From: an uncultured delta proteobacterium
Lineage (GTDB): Bacteria; Desulfobacterota; Desulfobaccia; Desulfobaccales; 0-14-0-80-60-11
Reading direction: 5' to 3'
NCBI GenBank assembly: GCA_963812015.1
Contig: CAWETI010000003.1
Location: 992,001 to 1,056,000 of the forward strand
DNA: 64,000 bases
The position numbers and the translations under genes are program-made. Within the stretch, counting starts at the first letter, position 1. Every line of letters starts with the position of its first letter. Positions 32,173-42,331 of the stretch are shown piece by piece. Under the pieces are notes generated by a model, which did no database searches, was not told the origin of the DNA, and worked only from the letters and a program-made list of their open reading frames with translations.

Positions 32173-32424
32173 ATGAAACACACGCTGGACGAAGTTAAGG
32201 CCAAGATCCACGAAATGTACCCGAAGATCGACAAGCACGGGGTGGCCGCCACGGTCACCTTTGACAAAGAGAAGAAAACCTACGTCCTGGAGTTGAAAAA
32301 AGGCCCGAACCACCTGTCCACCTATATCGACAAGGCAGATGCGGACAAGTGTATGGAAGGGGTGGAATGTATCCACCTGGGGGTGCAGATCGGGCAATTT
32401 CTGGAAAACTTCAAAAAGGTATGA
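32173..32424 (+). CDS. Small conserved hypothetical protein
   Basis: IHEMYP.I.KHG...DADKCMEGVECIHLGVQIGQF; AAGGAG RBS. Confidence 0.8.
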   Translation: MKHTLDEVKAKIHEMYPKIDKHGVAATVTFDKEKKTYVLELKKGPNHLSTYIDKADADKCMEGVECIHLGVQIGQFLENFKKV

Positions 32425-32684
32425 TAATGATATATAATTAAACGTAAAGTAGCTTCAGTCGAAAAGGTATGAAAGTTAGGCGGGCCGGCGGGGAGGCCGG
32501 CGCCGCCTTAAAAAAATGTAGGGACGGCGGGGTGAAGGGAGAAGTTGGCGCCGAAACATGCTCTCCCTCCCCCGTTAATCCGCAACCATCCGACATAAGG
32601 GCACCGGTGCGGCGTCCCTGAAGCCCACGGGAGATATTACTCGGAGCAGAAAATGAGTTTCACCAGGTTTTTATAACCTGAATG

Positions 32685-32912
32685 AAAATCCCCCTAAATC
32701 CCCCTTTTTCAAAGGGGGACTTTCTGATGGATTTCGGAAAGTTCACCGCCTTTGGCAAAGGGGGGTAGGGGTGATATCTCTAAGGGTTTCAGGATGAACT
32801 GCAATTTATTAAATGCTCCGATTAATAAGGAGGAATCCGGCGCCCGTTTCTCAAGGCCGGGATGGAGAAAAGGGCAAAATCCTCTGAATCCCCCTGATAA
32901 AAGGGGGGGCGG
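32685..32912. repeat. AATCCCCC..AAAGGGGG intergenic palindromic repeats
   Basis: AAATCCCCCTAAATCCCCCTTTTTCAAAGGGGGA and related copies at ~32745 and ~32877. Confidence 0.7.
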
Positions 32913-32983
32913 TTCCGGAGCGCTCATTAAGGCGGAAGTTTCCCTTAGCGTTTTAGCCAAACGTCACTCTAACTTAGGCAGCC

Positions 32984-35359
32984 ATGAAATTTTTCAAGGA
33001 ACCCAGCCCTAACCGGCTGGAAAAATATCATCAGCAGCGACGTTGGGCCCGGCGCCTGACCTGGATCCTTTACGGCCTGGTGTTCACCGGGATTCTCGGC
33101 GTGGCCGGGGCCGGCGTGTTTGTGTACTACCATTTCCTGAAGGACCTGCCGGATTTTACCGCGGTCAAGACCTTCCGGCCCCCGGTGATCACCCAGGTCT
33201 TCGCCCGGGACGGCCAGCGCATCGGAGAGTTCTATTCGGAGCGGCGGATCGAGGTGCCTTACAGCCGCCTGCCCCGGCAGGTGATCCTGGCCTTTGTGGC
33301 GGCGGAAGACGCCCGCTTCTTCGATCACCCGGGGGTGGACGTCACCGGCATCGTCCGGGCATTTTTCCGCAACCTGGAGGCGGGGGAGGTGGTCCAGGGC
33401 GGCAGCACCATCACCCAGCAGGTGGTGAAGCGCATCCTGCTGACGTCGGAGAAGAGCTTCGCCCGGAAAATCCGGGAGGCGGTGCTGGCCTACCGGATTG
33501 ACCATTACATGACCAAGGAAGAGATCCTCAACGTTTACCTGAACCACATTTTTCTGGGTCACGGGGCCTACGGTGTGGAGGCGGCGGCCCAGGAGTACTT
33601 CTCCAAACATGTGGAAGACCTGAACCTGGCGGAGGCCACCATCCTGGCGGGCATCCCCAAGGCCCCCAGCCGCTATGACCCCTATCTCAACCCCCGGCGG
33701 GCCAAGGAGCGCCAGGCCTACGTGCTCCGGCGCATGGCCGAGGTGGGGTTCATCAGCAAGGCCGAAGAAGAGGCGGCCTTCGGGCAACCCATCAAGCTTA
33801 AGCCTTATCGGCCGGAGTGGGTCAAGAATTGCGGCTACTTCACCGAGCAGGTGCGGACCCAACTGGAAGACCGGTTCGGCCGGGAATCGGTGTATAGTCT
33901 GGGGCTGAGGGTCTACACCACGGCGGACGTGAACCTGCACCAGGTGGCCCACGCCGCCATCCAGCAAGGCATCGACGGCCTGATCCAGCGCAACGGTTAC
34001 CGGGGGCCGCTCAAGCACGTCCGGGGCAAGGAAATGGTCGCCTTCCAGGAGCACCAGGTGAAATATTACCGGAAATACCCGCCGCGCAAAGGCCTGGCGG
34101 TGACCGCCCTGGTGGTGGGCCCGCCGGGGCGGCAGCGGGGCGCTGGGGGCGGCTATTTCCGCCTGGGGGACCAGTGGGGCGTTTTGAGGGAGACCGGGGG
34201 GGACAAGTCCCGGGCCACTACTTCGGTGGCTTCCCTGAGGCCGGGGGATGTGGTCCAGGTCCGTCTGGTGGAGCGGGAGCGCCAGGGCAAGTGGACCGGG
34301 GAACTGATCGCCGCGCCCATGGTGCAGGCGGCCCTGGTCTCCATGGAACTGAAGACCGGCCAAGTCCGGGCGCTGATGGGGGGCAAGGATTTTGGGGACA
34401 GCTCCTTCAACCGGGCCACCCAGGCTCGGAGGCAGCCCGGCTCGGCCTTCAAACCCATCCTTTACGCGGCGGCGGTGGAAAAGGGCTACCGCCCGGATTC
34501 AACTTTGCTGGACTCCCCCATCTCCCTGCCGGGGGGCCAGCACGGACAGGTGTGGTCGCCGCAAAATTATGACCACCGGTTTTACGGGCCTATCCCCCTG
34601 TCCTACGCCCTGGCCCATTCACGCAACGTGCCGGCGGTGCGGCTGATGATGGCGATCGGCGTGCCGGCCACGGTGCAGATGGCCAAGACTCTGGGAATCG
34701 CCAGCCCCATCTTTCCCAATTACGCCTCCGCCCTGGGAGCCTCGGATGTCACCTTGATGGAGTTGACCCGGGCCTACTCCGCCTTTCCCAATGACGGCAA
34801 GTTGATTGAGCCCATTTTTATCGATCGGATTGAGGACCGGGACGGGCGGGTACTGGTGGAGAACCGGCCCACGGGTCAGCAGGTGATCAGTCCCCAAACC
34901 GCCGAGACCATGACCCAGCTGTTGACGGGCGTGGTGGAGCGGGGCACCGCCACCCGGGTGCAGGTCCTGGGGCGGCCTGTGGGAGGCAAGACCGGCACCA
35001 CCAACAAGACCCGGGACGCCTGGTTTATCGGCTTCACACCGTCGCTGATTACCGGAACCTGGGTCGGCATGGATGACGAACACAGCCTGGGCCCCAAGGA
35101 AACCGGTTCCCAGGCCGCGGCCCCCATCTTCATCGCCTATATGAAGGAGGCCCTGCAGGGGACGCCGGTGCAGCCATTTACGACGGCCACGGGCACGGTG
35201 CTGGCCAAGCGGGGCAGTGAAGAGGCCGGTCCCACCGATGATGAGGCGGCGGCCCCGGTGGATGAGACGTTCTACCCCGAGGATGAAGGCCTGAAGGAAA
35301 AAACCTCGAACCCCCAGGCCTCCAGCCAGCAATTCTACAAAAACGATCTGGATGACTAA
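32984..35359 (+). CDS. mrcA: Penicillin-binding protein 1A
   Basis: EDARF..H.G, GGSTITQQ, RK..E transglycosylase motifs; SAFK, SRN, KTG transpeptidase motifs. Confidence 0.95.
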   Translation: MKFFKEPSPNRLEKYHQQRRWARRLTWILYGLVFTGILGVAGAGVFVYYHFLKDLPDFTAVKTFRPPVITQVFARDGQRIGEFYSERRIEVPYSRLPRQVILAFVAAEDARFFDHPGVDVTGIVRAFFRNLEAGEVVQGGSTITQQVVKRILLTSEKSFARKIREAVLAYRIDHYMTKEEILNVYLNHIFLGHGAYGVEAAAQEYFSKHVEDLNLAEATILAGIPKAPSRYDPYLNPRRAKERQAYVLRRMAEVGFISKAEEEAAFGQPIKLKPYRPEWVKNCGYFTEQVRTQLEDRFGRESVYSLGLRVYTTADVNLHQVAHAAIQQGIDGLIQRNGYRGPLKHVRGKEMVAFQEHQVKYYRKYPPRKGLAVTALVVGPPGRQRGAGGGYFRLGDQWGVLRETGGDKSRATTSVASLRPGDVVQVRLVERERQGKWTGELIAAPMVQAALVSMELKTGQVRALMGGKDFGDSSFNRATQARRQPGSAFKPILYAAAVEKGYRPDSTLLDSPISLPGGQHGQVWSPQNYDHRFYGPIPLSYALAHSRNVPAVRLMMAIGVPATVQMAKTLGIASPIFPNYASALGASDVTLMELTRAYSAFPNDGKLIEPIFIDRIEDRDGRVLVENRPTGQQVISPQTAETMTQLLTGVVERGTATRVQVLGRPVGGKTGTTNKTRDAWFIGFTPSLITGTWVGMDDEHSLGPKETGSQAAAPIFIAYMKEALQGTPVQPFTTATGTVLAKRGSEEAGPTDDEAAAPVDETFYPEDEGLKEKTSNPQASSQQFYKNDLDD

Positions 35360-35579
35360 GGGCGGTTGCCCGTGGCGTCGGTGCAGCAAGGCAGATACGT
35401 TCAAGCTTGGGTCCGGCGCAGCCAAGGAACTGAGGCAAAGTCGCCGGGGGACGCGGCAGCCATGCCGGTGAACTTCACCTGAGCGACTGACTTTCAACCA
35501 GCCAAACCAAAAGGGGGGAAGAGAGCGGGGCGTGGTTCGTCAAGCCCTGGCCTGCCCCCATCAATAATCAGGAGTATTT

Positions 35580-36419
35580 ATGCGAGAGATTGAGGTGGCG
35601 CAGGTCACCCAGGCCGTGAAAGCCGCGGCCATTGCAGCCAATTATGAGCCCGGGGCCGACCTGTTAGCCGCCCTAACCCGGGGGGCGGAGACAGAGGAAT
35701 CCCCCAGCGGCAAAGAGATCTTCCGGCAATTACTGGAGAACGCCCGGATCGCCAAAGAGGAGCGCATTCCCATGTGCCAGGATTGCGGTTTGGCCGTCGT
35801 CTTTGCCGAGGTGGGCCAGGACGTCCATCTGGTGGGCGGGGATTTTGAAGAGGCGATTCACGAAGGCATCCGCCAGGGATATGGCGAGGGTTACCTGAGG
35901 AAGTCCTCGTGCCATCCTTTGACCCGGGCCAATACCGGGGATAACACGCCGGCAGTCATCCATACCGAGATTGTGCCGGGGGACCGGGTCAAACTGACGG
36001 TGGTTCCCAAGGGCGGGGGCAGCGAAAACATGAGCCGGGTCTATATGTTGAAGCCGGCGGAAGGTTTGGCCGGCATCAAAGAGAGAGTGCTGGCCACGGT
36101 GGCGGAAGCCGGCCCCAACCCCTGTCCGCCCATTATCGTCGGGGTGGGCATCGGCGGCACGTTTGAGCGGGCTGCCTTGCTGGCCAAAAAATCCTTGCTG
36201 CGGGAAATCGGCCAGCCCAACCCCGACCCGGAAGTAGCTGACCTGGAGCGGCAGCTCCTGGAGGAAGTAAATAATTTGGGCATCGGACCCCAGGGACTGG
36301 GCGGCCGGATCACCGCCATGGCCGTACATGTCTTGATGAAGCCCTGCCACATCGCGTCGCTGCCGGTGGCCGTCAACATTCAATGTCACGCTTCTCGTCA
36401 TAAGGAAGTGGTGCTGTAA
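35580..36419 (+). CDS. Fe-S hydro-lyase (fumarate hydratase/tartrate dehydratase) alpha subunit
   Basis: PMCQDCG, NTGDNTP, KGGGSEN, NPCPP, PCHIAS..QCH. Confidence 0.93.
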   Translation: MREIEVAQVTQAVKAAAIAANYEPGADLLAALTRGAETEESPSGKEIFRQLLENARIAKEERIPMCQDCGLAVVFAEVGQDVHLVGGDFEEAIHEGIRQGYGEGYLRKSSCHPLTRANTGDNTPAVIHTEIVPGDRVKLTVVPKGGGSENMSRVYMLKPAEGLAGIKERVLATVAEAGPNPCPPIIVGVGIGGTFERAALLAKKSLLREIGQPNPDPEVADLERQLLEEVNNLGIGPQGLGGRITAMAVHVLMKPCHIASLPVAVNIQCHASRHKEVVL

Positions 36420-36518
36420 TACGGTTTTCGGTTTTCGGTTAAAAGAAGATAGAAATATCAATAAGTAAACCATTTGGATTGCAGTATTTGCATGAAAAAC
36501 TGGCAAAAAAGGTGAATC

Positions 36519-37085
36519 ATGATCAAGACGGTGAAACTGACCCCGCCCCTGACTGACCAGGACGTGATCCAGCTGAGCATCGGCGATACGGTGCTGGTGA
36601 GCGGGGTGATCTATACCGCCCGGGACGCGGCCCACAAACGTCTGGTGGATATGCTGGCTGCCGGGCAGCCATTGCCGATGGATTTGCAGGGACAGATCAT
36701 GTATTACGTGGGCCCCAGCCCGGCGCGACCCGGCCGGGTCATCGGCGCCGCCGGTCCGACTACCAGCTACCGGATGGACTCCTACGCCCCCACCCTGATC
36801 AGATTGGGATTAAAGGCGATGATCGGCAAAGGCAAGCGCTCTCCCGAGGTCATTGCCGCCATGCAGGAATATAAGGCCGTGTACCTGGGGGCCACCGGAG
36901 GGGCGGGGGCCCTGATTTCCCAGCGTATCAAGGCTGCCGAGGTGATCGCCTTTCCCGAGTTGGGGCCGGAGGCGGTCCACCGCTTGGAAGTGGAAGACTT
37001 TCCCGTCATTGTCATCAATGATTGTCAGGGCCATGATCTCTACGAACAAGGGGTCGGGCAGTACCGGCGCACCGCAGCTCGATGA
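36519..37085 (+). CDS. Fe-S hydro-lyase (fumarate hydratase) beta subunit
   Basis: TARDAAHKR, GPTTSYRMD, MIGKG. Confidence 0.93.
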   Translation: MIKTVKLTPPLTDQDVIQLSIGDTVLVSGVIYTARDAAHKRLVDMLAAGQPLPMDLQGQIMYYVGPSPARPGRVIGAAGPTTSYRMDSYAPTLIRLGLKAMIGKGKRSPEVIAAMQEYKAVYLGATGGAGALISQRIKAAEVIAFPELGPEAVHRLEVEDFPVIVINDCQGHDLYEQGVGQYRRTAAR

Positions 37086-38518
37086 TCCCTGGGACCCCCA
37101 GGGATGAGGCGGGTTGGCGCATGACCCCGGACAAAGGACGCGATATGGTTTTCCCCATGGATCTGGCCGAGGTTTCGGCCCGGGTTAAGGAAAAAAGACA
37201 GATCTTTAAGGACTATAACTTCGGCCCCCTGAAGGACGATGCCTTAAAGACTTTCTATGACCTGGCCCAGGAATACGAGACCATAGAAAACTTTTACCGG
37301 GTCACAGTGAGCGTGATCAAGGAGTTCTTTGATCTGGAGGCACGCCTTTACCTGGTCTGCTCCGAGGGCCGGCTGGAGTTAACGTGCGACAGCCTCCGGG
37401 GGCTCTATCCTGAGAAGACCCTGCCTGCCGAGCAAATCCATCTGGCCAGTCAGGCCTACGCTGCTAACGATGCTCTGGTGATCCCCATCCGGGGCAACCT
37501 GCTCCTGGTCAACCAGTTGCCCTTTTACGCCAAGGAACAGATTATCGGGATGCTGGAACTGTATCCCGCGGACCGGATCTCGGAGGCGGACCGCTTTTTC
37601 TTTGAAAAGTATGCCAACCGTCTAGGTTACAACTTGCATGTGAAGATCATTGCCCGGCAGAATATTCAGCACATCCGTTTCATCAACAGCTTGGTGGCGG
37701 ATATCGAACACAATGTGATCATTCCCAATATCAGCCTCAGCCTCTACCTCCGGCATTTGCGGAAAAAGATCAAGAACCTGAAGGAACTGGAGTGCGTCTG
37801 CACCATCAGAAGCGATCAATGTGCCGAGCACCCGGATGCCAAGCAGACCTTTCGCGCCCTGATCGACGATCTGGAGGTCGACTATGAGAACCTCGAGCAG
37901 CACTACAAGGGGGTCAGCCTCTTCATCGAGTCCCTGTTCCGGCTGTCCCATTTTCAGAAAGGCCAGTTCGTGCTGCGGCGCCGCACCACCCGGGTGACTA
38001 AAGAAATCATCGAACCCCAACTGAACCTCTACCTGGATAAGCTCAAAGAACGCCACATCGAGATCGACACGGGGGCCGGGGTCATGCCCGATGAAGACCT
38101 GCCCCTGTCGGTGGACAAAGGCCTGATGGCCCAGGTCTATGCCAACCTCTTTTCCAACGCGGTGAAGTATGCCCGGCGCAACTATGAGGGGCGCAAGTAC
38201 ATGGCCTACGGCCGGGATCTGCTGAAAGACTATTTCGGACCGGGAAAAGACGGGATCAAGTTCAACGTCTTCACCACCGGGCCGCATCTCCCTCCGGAAG
38301 ATGTGCCTCACATTTTTGACGAGGGCTACCGGGGCACTAATATCGACGGTGAAGTGGGCACCGGGCGGGGGCTCTTCTTTGTGCGCACCGTGGTGGAAAC
38401 CCATGGGGGCGAGGTGGGTTACCAGGCCACCCCGGGGGGCAACAATCTCTACTTCGTGCTGCCTCTGGTGGTGACCCGGGAAGAACCGCTGCCCGTGGAC
38501 CTGGAGTCCTCTGACTGA
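37082..38518 (+). CDS. Sensor histidine kinase (GAF-like + HATPase)
   Basis: DIEHNVIIP H-box, NLFSNAVKY N-box, IFDEGYRG, GTGRGL G2-box; start uncertain. Confidence 0.85.
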   Translation: MIPGTPRDEAGWRMTPDKGRDMVFPMDLAEVSARVKEKRQIFKDYNFGPLKDDALKTFYDLAQEYETIENFYRVTVSVIKEFFDLEARLYLVCSEGRLELTCDSLRGLYPEKTLPAEQIHLASQAYAANDALVIPIRGNLLLVNQLPFYAKEQIIGMLELYPADRISEADRFFFEKYANRLGYNLHVKIIARQNIQHIRFINSLVADIEHNVIIPNISLSLYLRHLRKKIKNLKELECVCTIRSDQCAEHPDAKQTFRALIDDLEVDYENLEQHYKGVSLFIESLFRLSHFQKGQFVLRRRTTRVTKEIIEPQLNLYLDKLKERHIEIDTGAGVMPDEDLPLSVDKGLMAQVYANLFSNAVKYARRNYEGRKYMAYGRDLLKDYFGPGKDGIKFNVFTTGPHLPPEDVPHIFDEGYRGTNIDGEVGTGRGLFFVRTVVETHGGEVGYQATPGGNNLYFVLPLVVTREEPLPVDLESSD

Positions 38519-38532
38519 GGTCTGAGAAGAAC

Positions 38533-38730
38533 ATGACCATTCGCTATCTGGCCGAAGAACTCTACCGCTGGACCCGCAAGGTGGAAGAGTTGGAAAAGGC
38601 CCTGGCGGCCTTAGAGGCCGAAGCGCTCCCGGAGCGGAACCGGCTGGCCATGGAGCTTCTCCAGGCCAAGCAGGAAGTGGCCCACTTTCGGGCGGTCCTG
38701 GAGGCGAAAAAGGAGCATCCCCGGATCTAA
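38533..38730 (+). CDS. Small coiled-coil hypothetical protein
   Basis: 65-aa ORF with host-like codon usage. Confidence 0.7.
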   Translation: MTIRYLAEELYRWTRKVEELEKALAALEAEALPERNRLAMELLQAKQEVAHFRAVLEAKKEHPRI

Positions 38731-38843
38731 TTTTGACAGTGCTCTTAGCCTGTCCCGACCACCTCGCACCTCGGCTATTACGTCACAATTTCCATCGGTT
38801 ATCGGGTAAGCGACGCTCCGCTACCTCCCTCCCCTAAAATAAA

Positions 38844-38871
38844 TTGTCTTTGACATTTATTCTGCTATAGT
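38844..38871 (+). promoter_or_regulatory. Putative sigma70 promoter for cstA
   Basis: TTGTCT-16 nt-TATAGT with extended TG. Confidence 0.5.
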
Positions 38872-39045
38872 TTTTAGCCACAAGCAAAGAGGGGTACGTT
38901 TGCAGAGAGGCTGATTGTCTGGTTTTATGGGGAAAATCGGCCTTAAGCACCGAGGGTGACGGAGATGGGCGGGTTGCCGCCTGATCTCGGTCTTCATTAG
39001 CCCGGATGGGCAGGGCTTTTACCAAACCAAGAGGATGGGGCTCAT

Positions 39046-40857
39046 ATGAATGCATTAACCCTGGTTTTCGTGTCATTGTGCGTCTTTACCATCGGCTACC
39101 GGTTTTATGGCTTGTTTATCGCCAGAAAGGTCTTGGAACTAAAAGTCGAGCGGCTGACGCCGGCCGTAAAAATGGCTGATGGTCACGATTATGTGAAGAC
39201 GAATAAGTACGTCCTCTTTGGACATCATTTCGCGGCCATTGCCGCGGCCGGGCCGCTCATAGGGCCGGTCCTGGCCGCCCAGTTCGGTTATCTGCCCGGC
39301 GCTATCTGGATCATCTTCGGCGCGGTCCTGGCCGGGGCCGTCCATGATATGGTCATCCTGTTCGCCTCGGTCCGGCATAAGGGGCAAAGCCTGGCGAACA
39401 TTGCCTCAAGAGAAATCAACTCCACCATCGGCGGCGTGGCCTCCGTGGCCGTTCTCTTCATTCTCATTCTCACCCTGGCGGGCCTATCCATCGCGGTGGT
39501 CAACGCTATGTTCGCCAGCCCCTGGGCCACCTTCACGGTCTTTTCCACCATGCCCATTGCCTTATTGATGGGGATTTACCTCCACGTCTGGCGGCATGAC
39601 GATGTCCTGGGCGCCAGTATTATCGGCGTCGTCCTCTTGGCGGCCGCGGTAATTGCCGGTCCTTATGTGGTGGCTAACCCCGCCCTGGCCTCCATATTCA
39701 CCTTATCCAAAAACCAAATATCCGTGATTATTCCGGTGTACGGCTTTATCGCCTCGGCCTTGCCGGTATGGCTGTTACTCTGCCCCCGGGATTACCTGTC
39801 CACTTATCTGAAGGTGGGGACCATCGCTATGCTGGCCATCGGCATCGCGTTCATGCGCCCGACATTGCTGATGGAGCCGATCACCAAGTTTGTCAGCGGC
39901 GGCGGGCCGATAATTCCCGGGGCGGTCTTCCCCTTTGTCTTCATTACCATCGCCTGCGGCGCCTTGTCCGGATTCCATGCCATCATCGGGACCGGGACCA
40001 CCCCCAAGATGGTTGGCAGTGAACGGGACATCTTATTCATCGGGTATGGGGGCATGTTGTTGGAAGGCTTTGTGGCCATTATGGCTTTGATCGCCGCCTG
40101 CGTGCTGGTGCCGGCCGATTACTTTGCCATTAACTCCGTGCCGGCGGTGTTTGCCAAACTCGGCATGAACACCGTGCATCTGGCCGATCTTTCCCGGGAG
40201 GTGGGGGAAACCCTTCAGGGTCGGACGGGTGGCGGCGTCTCCCTGGCCGTGGGCATGGCATATATCTTTGATGGCATCCCGGTTCTGAAAGGCTTAATGG
40301 GCTACTGGTATCACTTCGCCATCATGTTCGAGGCCGTGTTTATCCTTACCGCGGTGGACACCGGCACCCGGGTCGGCAGGTTCTTTCTCCAGGAAATGGT
40401 GGGGAAATTCATCCCCAAATTTGCCGAAAAGAGATGGATGCCCGGCATTATCATCACCAGCGGCGTGTTCACCTTTTTCTGGGGATATCTGGTTTATACC
40501 GGGAATATCTCCACCATCTGGCCGTTGTTCGGCATGAGCAACCAGCTCCTGGCCTCCAGCGCCCTGATCATCGGTACCACCATGATCATGAGGATGAACA
40601 AAGTCAAGTACGCATGGATTACCGCGGTTCCGGGTATTCTCATGGCCTTTATCACCATGTACGCCGGATACCTGAATGTGGTCGGCAACTATCTCCCCAA
40701 GCATCTCTACCTGCTCATGGTCATGTCGATCATCATTATGATTCTCATGGTCATTGTGTTTGTGGGGGCCATCAAAAAGTGGTTTGAATTGCTGAAGGTG
40801 AAAACTACCGTGGTGGATGAATACGGGGAAAAGGTCTTGGAAATCGTGCCGGAGTAA
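39046..40857 (+). CDS. cstA: Carbon starvation protein A family transporter
   Basis: DG.DYV, FGHHFAAIAAAGP..GP, PRDYLS, IACGALSGFH, GRTGG..LAVGMA, WPLFG.SNQLL. Confidence 0.95.
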   Translation: MNALTLVFVSLCVFTIGYRFYGLFIARKVLELKVERLTPAVKMADGHDYVKTNKYVLFGHHFAAIAAAGPLIGPVLAAQFGYLPGAIWIIFGAVLAGAVHDMVILFASVRHKGQSLANIASREINSTIGGVASVAVLFILILTLAGLSIAVVNAMFASPWATFTVFSTMPIALLMGIYLHVWRHDDVLGASIIGVVLLAAAVIAGPYVVANPALASIFTLSKNQISVIIPVYGFIASALPVWLLLCPRDYLSTYLKVGTIAMLAIGIAFMRPTLLMEPITKFVSGGGPIIPGAVFPFVFITIACGALSGFHAIIGTGTTPKMVGSERDILFIGYGGMLLEGFVAIMALIAACVLVPADYFAINSVPAVFAKLGMNTVHLADLSREVGETLQGRTGGGVSLAVGMAYIFDGIPVLKGLMGYWYHFAIMFEAVFILTAVDTGTRVGRFFLQEMVGKFIPKFAEKRWMPGIIITSGVFTFFWGYLVYTGNISTIWPLFGMSNQLLASSALIIGTTMIMRMNKVKYAWITAVPGILMAFITMYAGYLNVVGNYLPKHLYLLMVMSIIIMILMVIVFVGAIKKWFELLKVKTTVVDEYGEKVLEIVPE

Positions 40858-40922
40858 GGAGCCGGATCGGTCTACCACCCATACATGGCGCAATTCGTTC
40901 CCCCGATCAGGAGGAGAAGATC

Positions 40923-41408
40923 ATGTTTAAAAAGATTTTGGTGCCCTTGGACGGCTCGGACCTGGCGGCAAGCATCCTGCCCCAGGTCGAGGAGTTGGCC
41001 AAGCATACGAACGCCGCGGTAACCCTGCTCACCGTTGGGTCTTCGGATATCTGCGCGGGCGGCGGGGCGCCGGTCCCGCCCGTTAAGGAAGGGGCCTCCT
41101 GCCCCGAACTCCCCCTCGCCGCATATTTGGAGCAAACTGCCGGCAAGCTGCGGGCCCAAGGTGTGGAAGTGAATTGGGTCTATAAACAGGGACAGCCGGC
41201 CAAGGAAATCGTGGCCTATGCCTATGAGAATGAGATGGATCTCATCGCCATAGCCTCCCATGGCGGTGGCGAGATCGCCTGGGTCTTGGGAAGTGTGGCC
41301 AAGAAAGTTATCGCCCACACCCCGGTGGCCGTGTTGCTGATGCGGGTAACGGAAGCCAAAGCTCCTGGCCTGAAAAGCGAGATGTATTATTCCCTGCAGA
41401 CGCCGTAA
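40923..41408 (+). CDS. Universal stress protein
   Basis: FKKILVPLDGS, G.PA.EI, DLIAIASHG, LGSVAKKV. Confidence 0.92.
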   Translation: MFKKILVPLDGSDLAASILPQVEELAKHTNAAVTLLTVGSSDICAGGGAPVPPVKEGASCPELPLAAYLEQTAGKLRAQGVEVNWVYKQGQPAKEIVAYAYENEMDLIAIASHGGGEIAWVLGSVAKKVIAHTPVAVLLMRVTEAKAPGLKSEMYYSLQTP

Positions 41409-41541
41409 TTATCGCCATCCCGCAACATGGCCACGGCTTTTGCTTCCCCCCGGCCCACCCGGAGAGGACGATTTCGGGTGGGCGGGGGGCACCTGTCCGA
41501 CTGCATTCCGTGCGCTCAGGTTGCGTCCCAGCTAGATCTTC

Positions 41542-42321
41542 TTACTTTTCCACTCTTTCCAGCTCGTCCTGCCCGCCCGGGGCTAAATCTGACTTCAAGA
41601 ACCCCTGGTGTTCCGGCAGGCGCAGGGAGAAATTGGAGATGGCATCTATGGTCACCGTGGCCCTCTCCACCCGGCAGTCCAGGAGGTGGCCGCCGGCCCG
41701 GCGATCGGCGGTGATAATATGGCAATGGTAGCCGGCCAGGTTGACACCGGCCAGGCAAGCCGGGTAGCGGAAGGCCACGATGACGCCTTTGACCTTGGTC
41801 ATTTCAAACACCGACTGTTTTTTGGCCACCTCAGCCAGGGGCGGATAGGGTTTCTGCTGCCGGGGGACGCTCCTGGTCTTGACGTACGGGAAAAACCCCT
41901 CAATCTTAATGGCATAGAGGAGGTTGGGGCTGGGCAGCAGGAGGGTGACATAATCGAGCAGTTGCTGATAGTTCAGGGGCATCTCGAGCATATACGTCTT
42001 GCCGGCCCTGAAGAAAGTCACTTCGGCGAAGGGGGTTTTCATGGCGCCGGCCACGGGATAGACCCGGCCGTCGGCCTTGACCTGGTAAAAGGCGCCGTCC
42101 AGGGCGATCATTTCGCCGTCCAGTCCATCGAAGGTGCCCAGGCCGAAGTCGCCATGCCGGGCCAATTCCTCATAGGTCAGGTCGCCGTCGTAGACCCCGG
42201 CCATGAGGGCCTGGAGAGTGGAGGTTTGGAAGAGGGAGTGGTTCTCGGCGGCGTCAAGGTGACCGGTAATCAGGCCCAGGACCAGGAATAAGGCCAGAAT
42301 CAGGGCGCGGCAGGATTTCAT
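41542..42321 (-). CDS. budA: Acetolactate decarboxylase
   Basis: L..GVYDG, HGDFGLGTF..LDGEM, TRSVP, GYHCH, GGHLLD. Confidence 0.93.
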   Translation of the reverse strand: MKSCRALILALFLVLGLITGHLDAAENHSLFQTSTLQALMAGVYDGDLTYEELARHGDFGLGTFDGLDGEMIALDGAFYQVKADGRVYPVAGAMKTPFAEVTFFRAGKTYMLEMPLNYQQLLDYVTLLLPSPNLLYAIKIEGFFPYVKTRSVPRQQKPYPPLAEVAKKQSVFEMTKVKGVIVAFRYPACLAGVNLAGYHCHIITADRRAGGHLLDCRVERATVTIDAISNFSLRLPEHQGFLKSDLAPGGQDELERVEK

Positions 42322-42331
42322 CAGGGTGAAA

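Noticed and set aside
35360..35570. Riboswitch upstream of fumarate hydratase
   Set aside because: No recognisable conserved aptamer motif.
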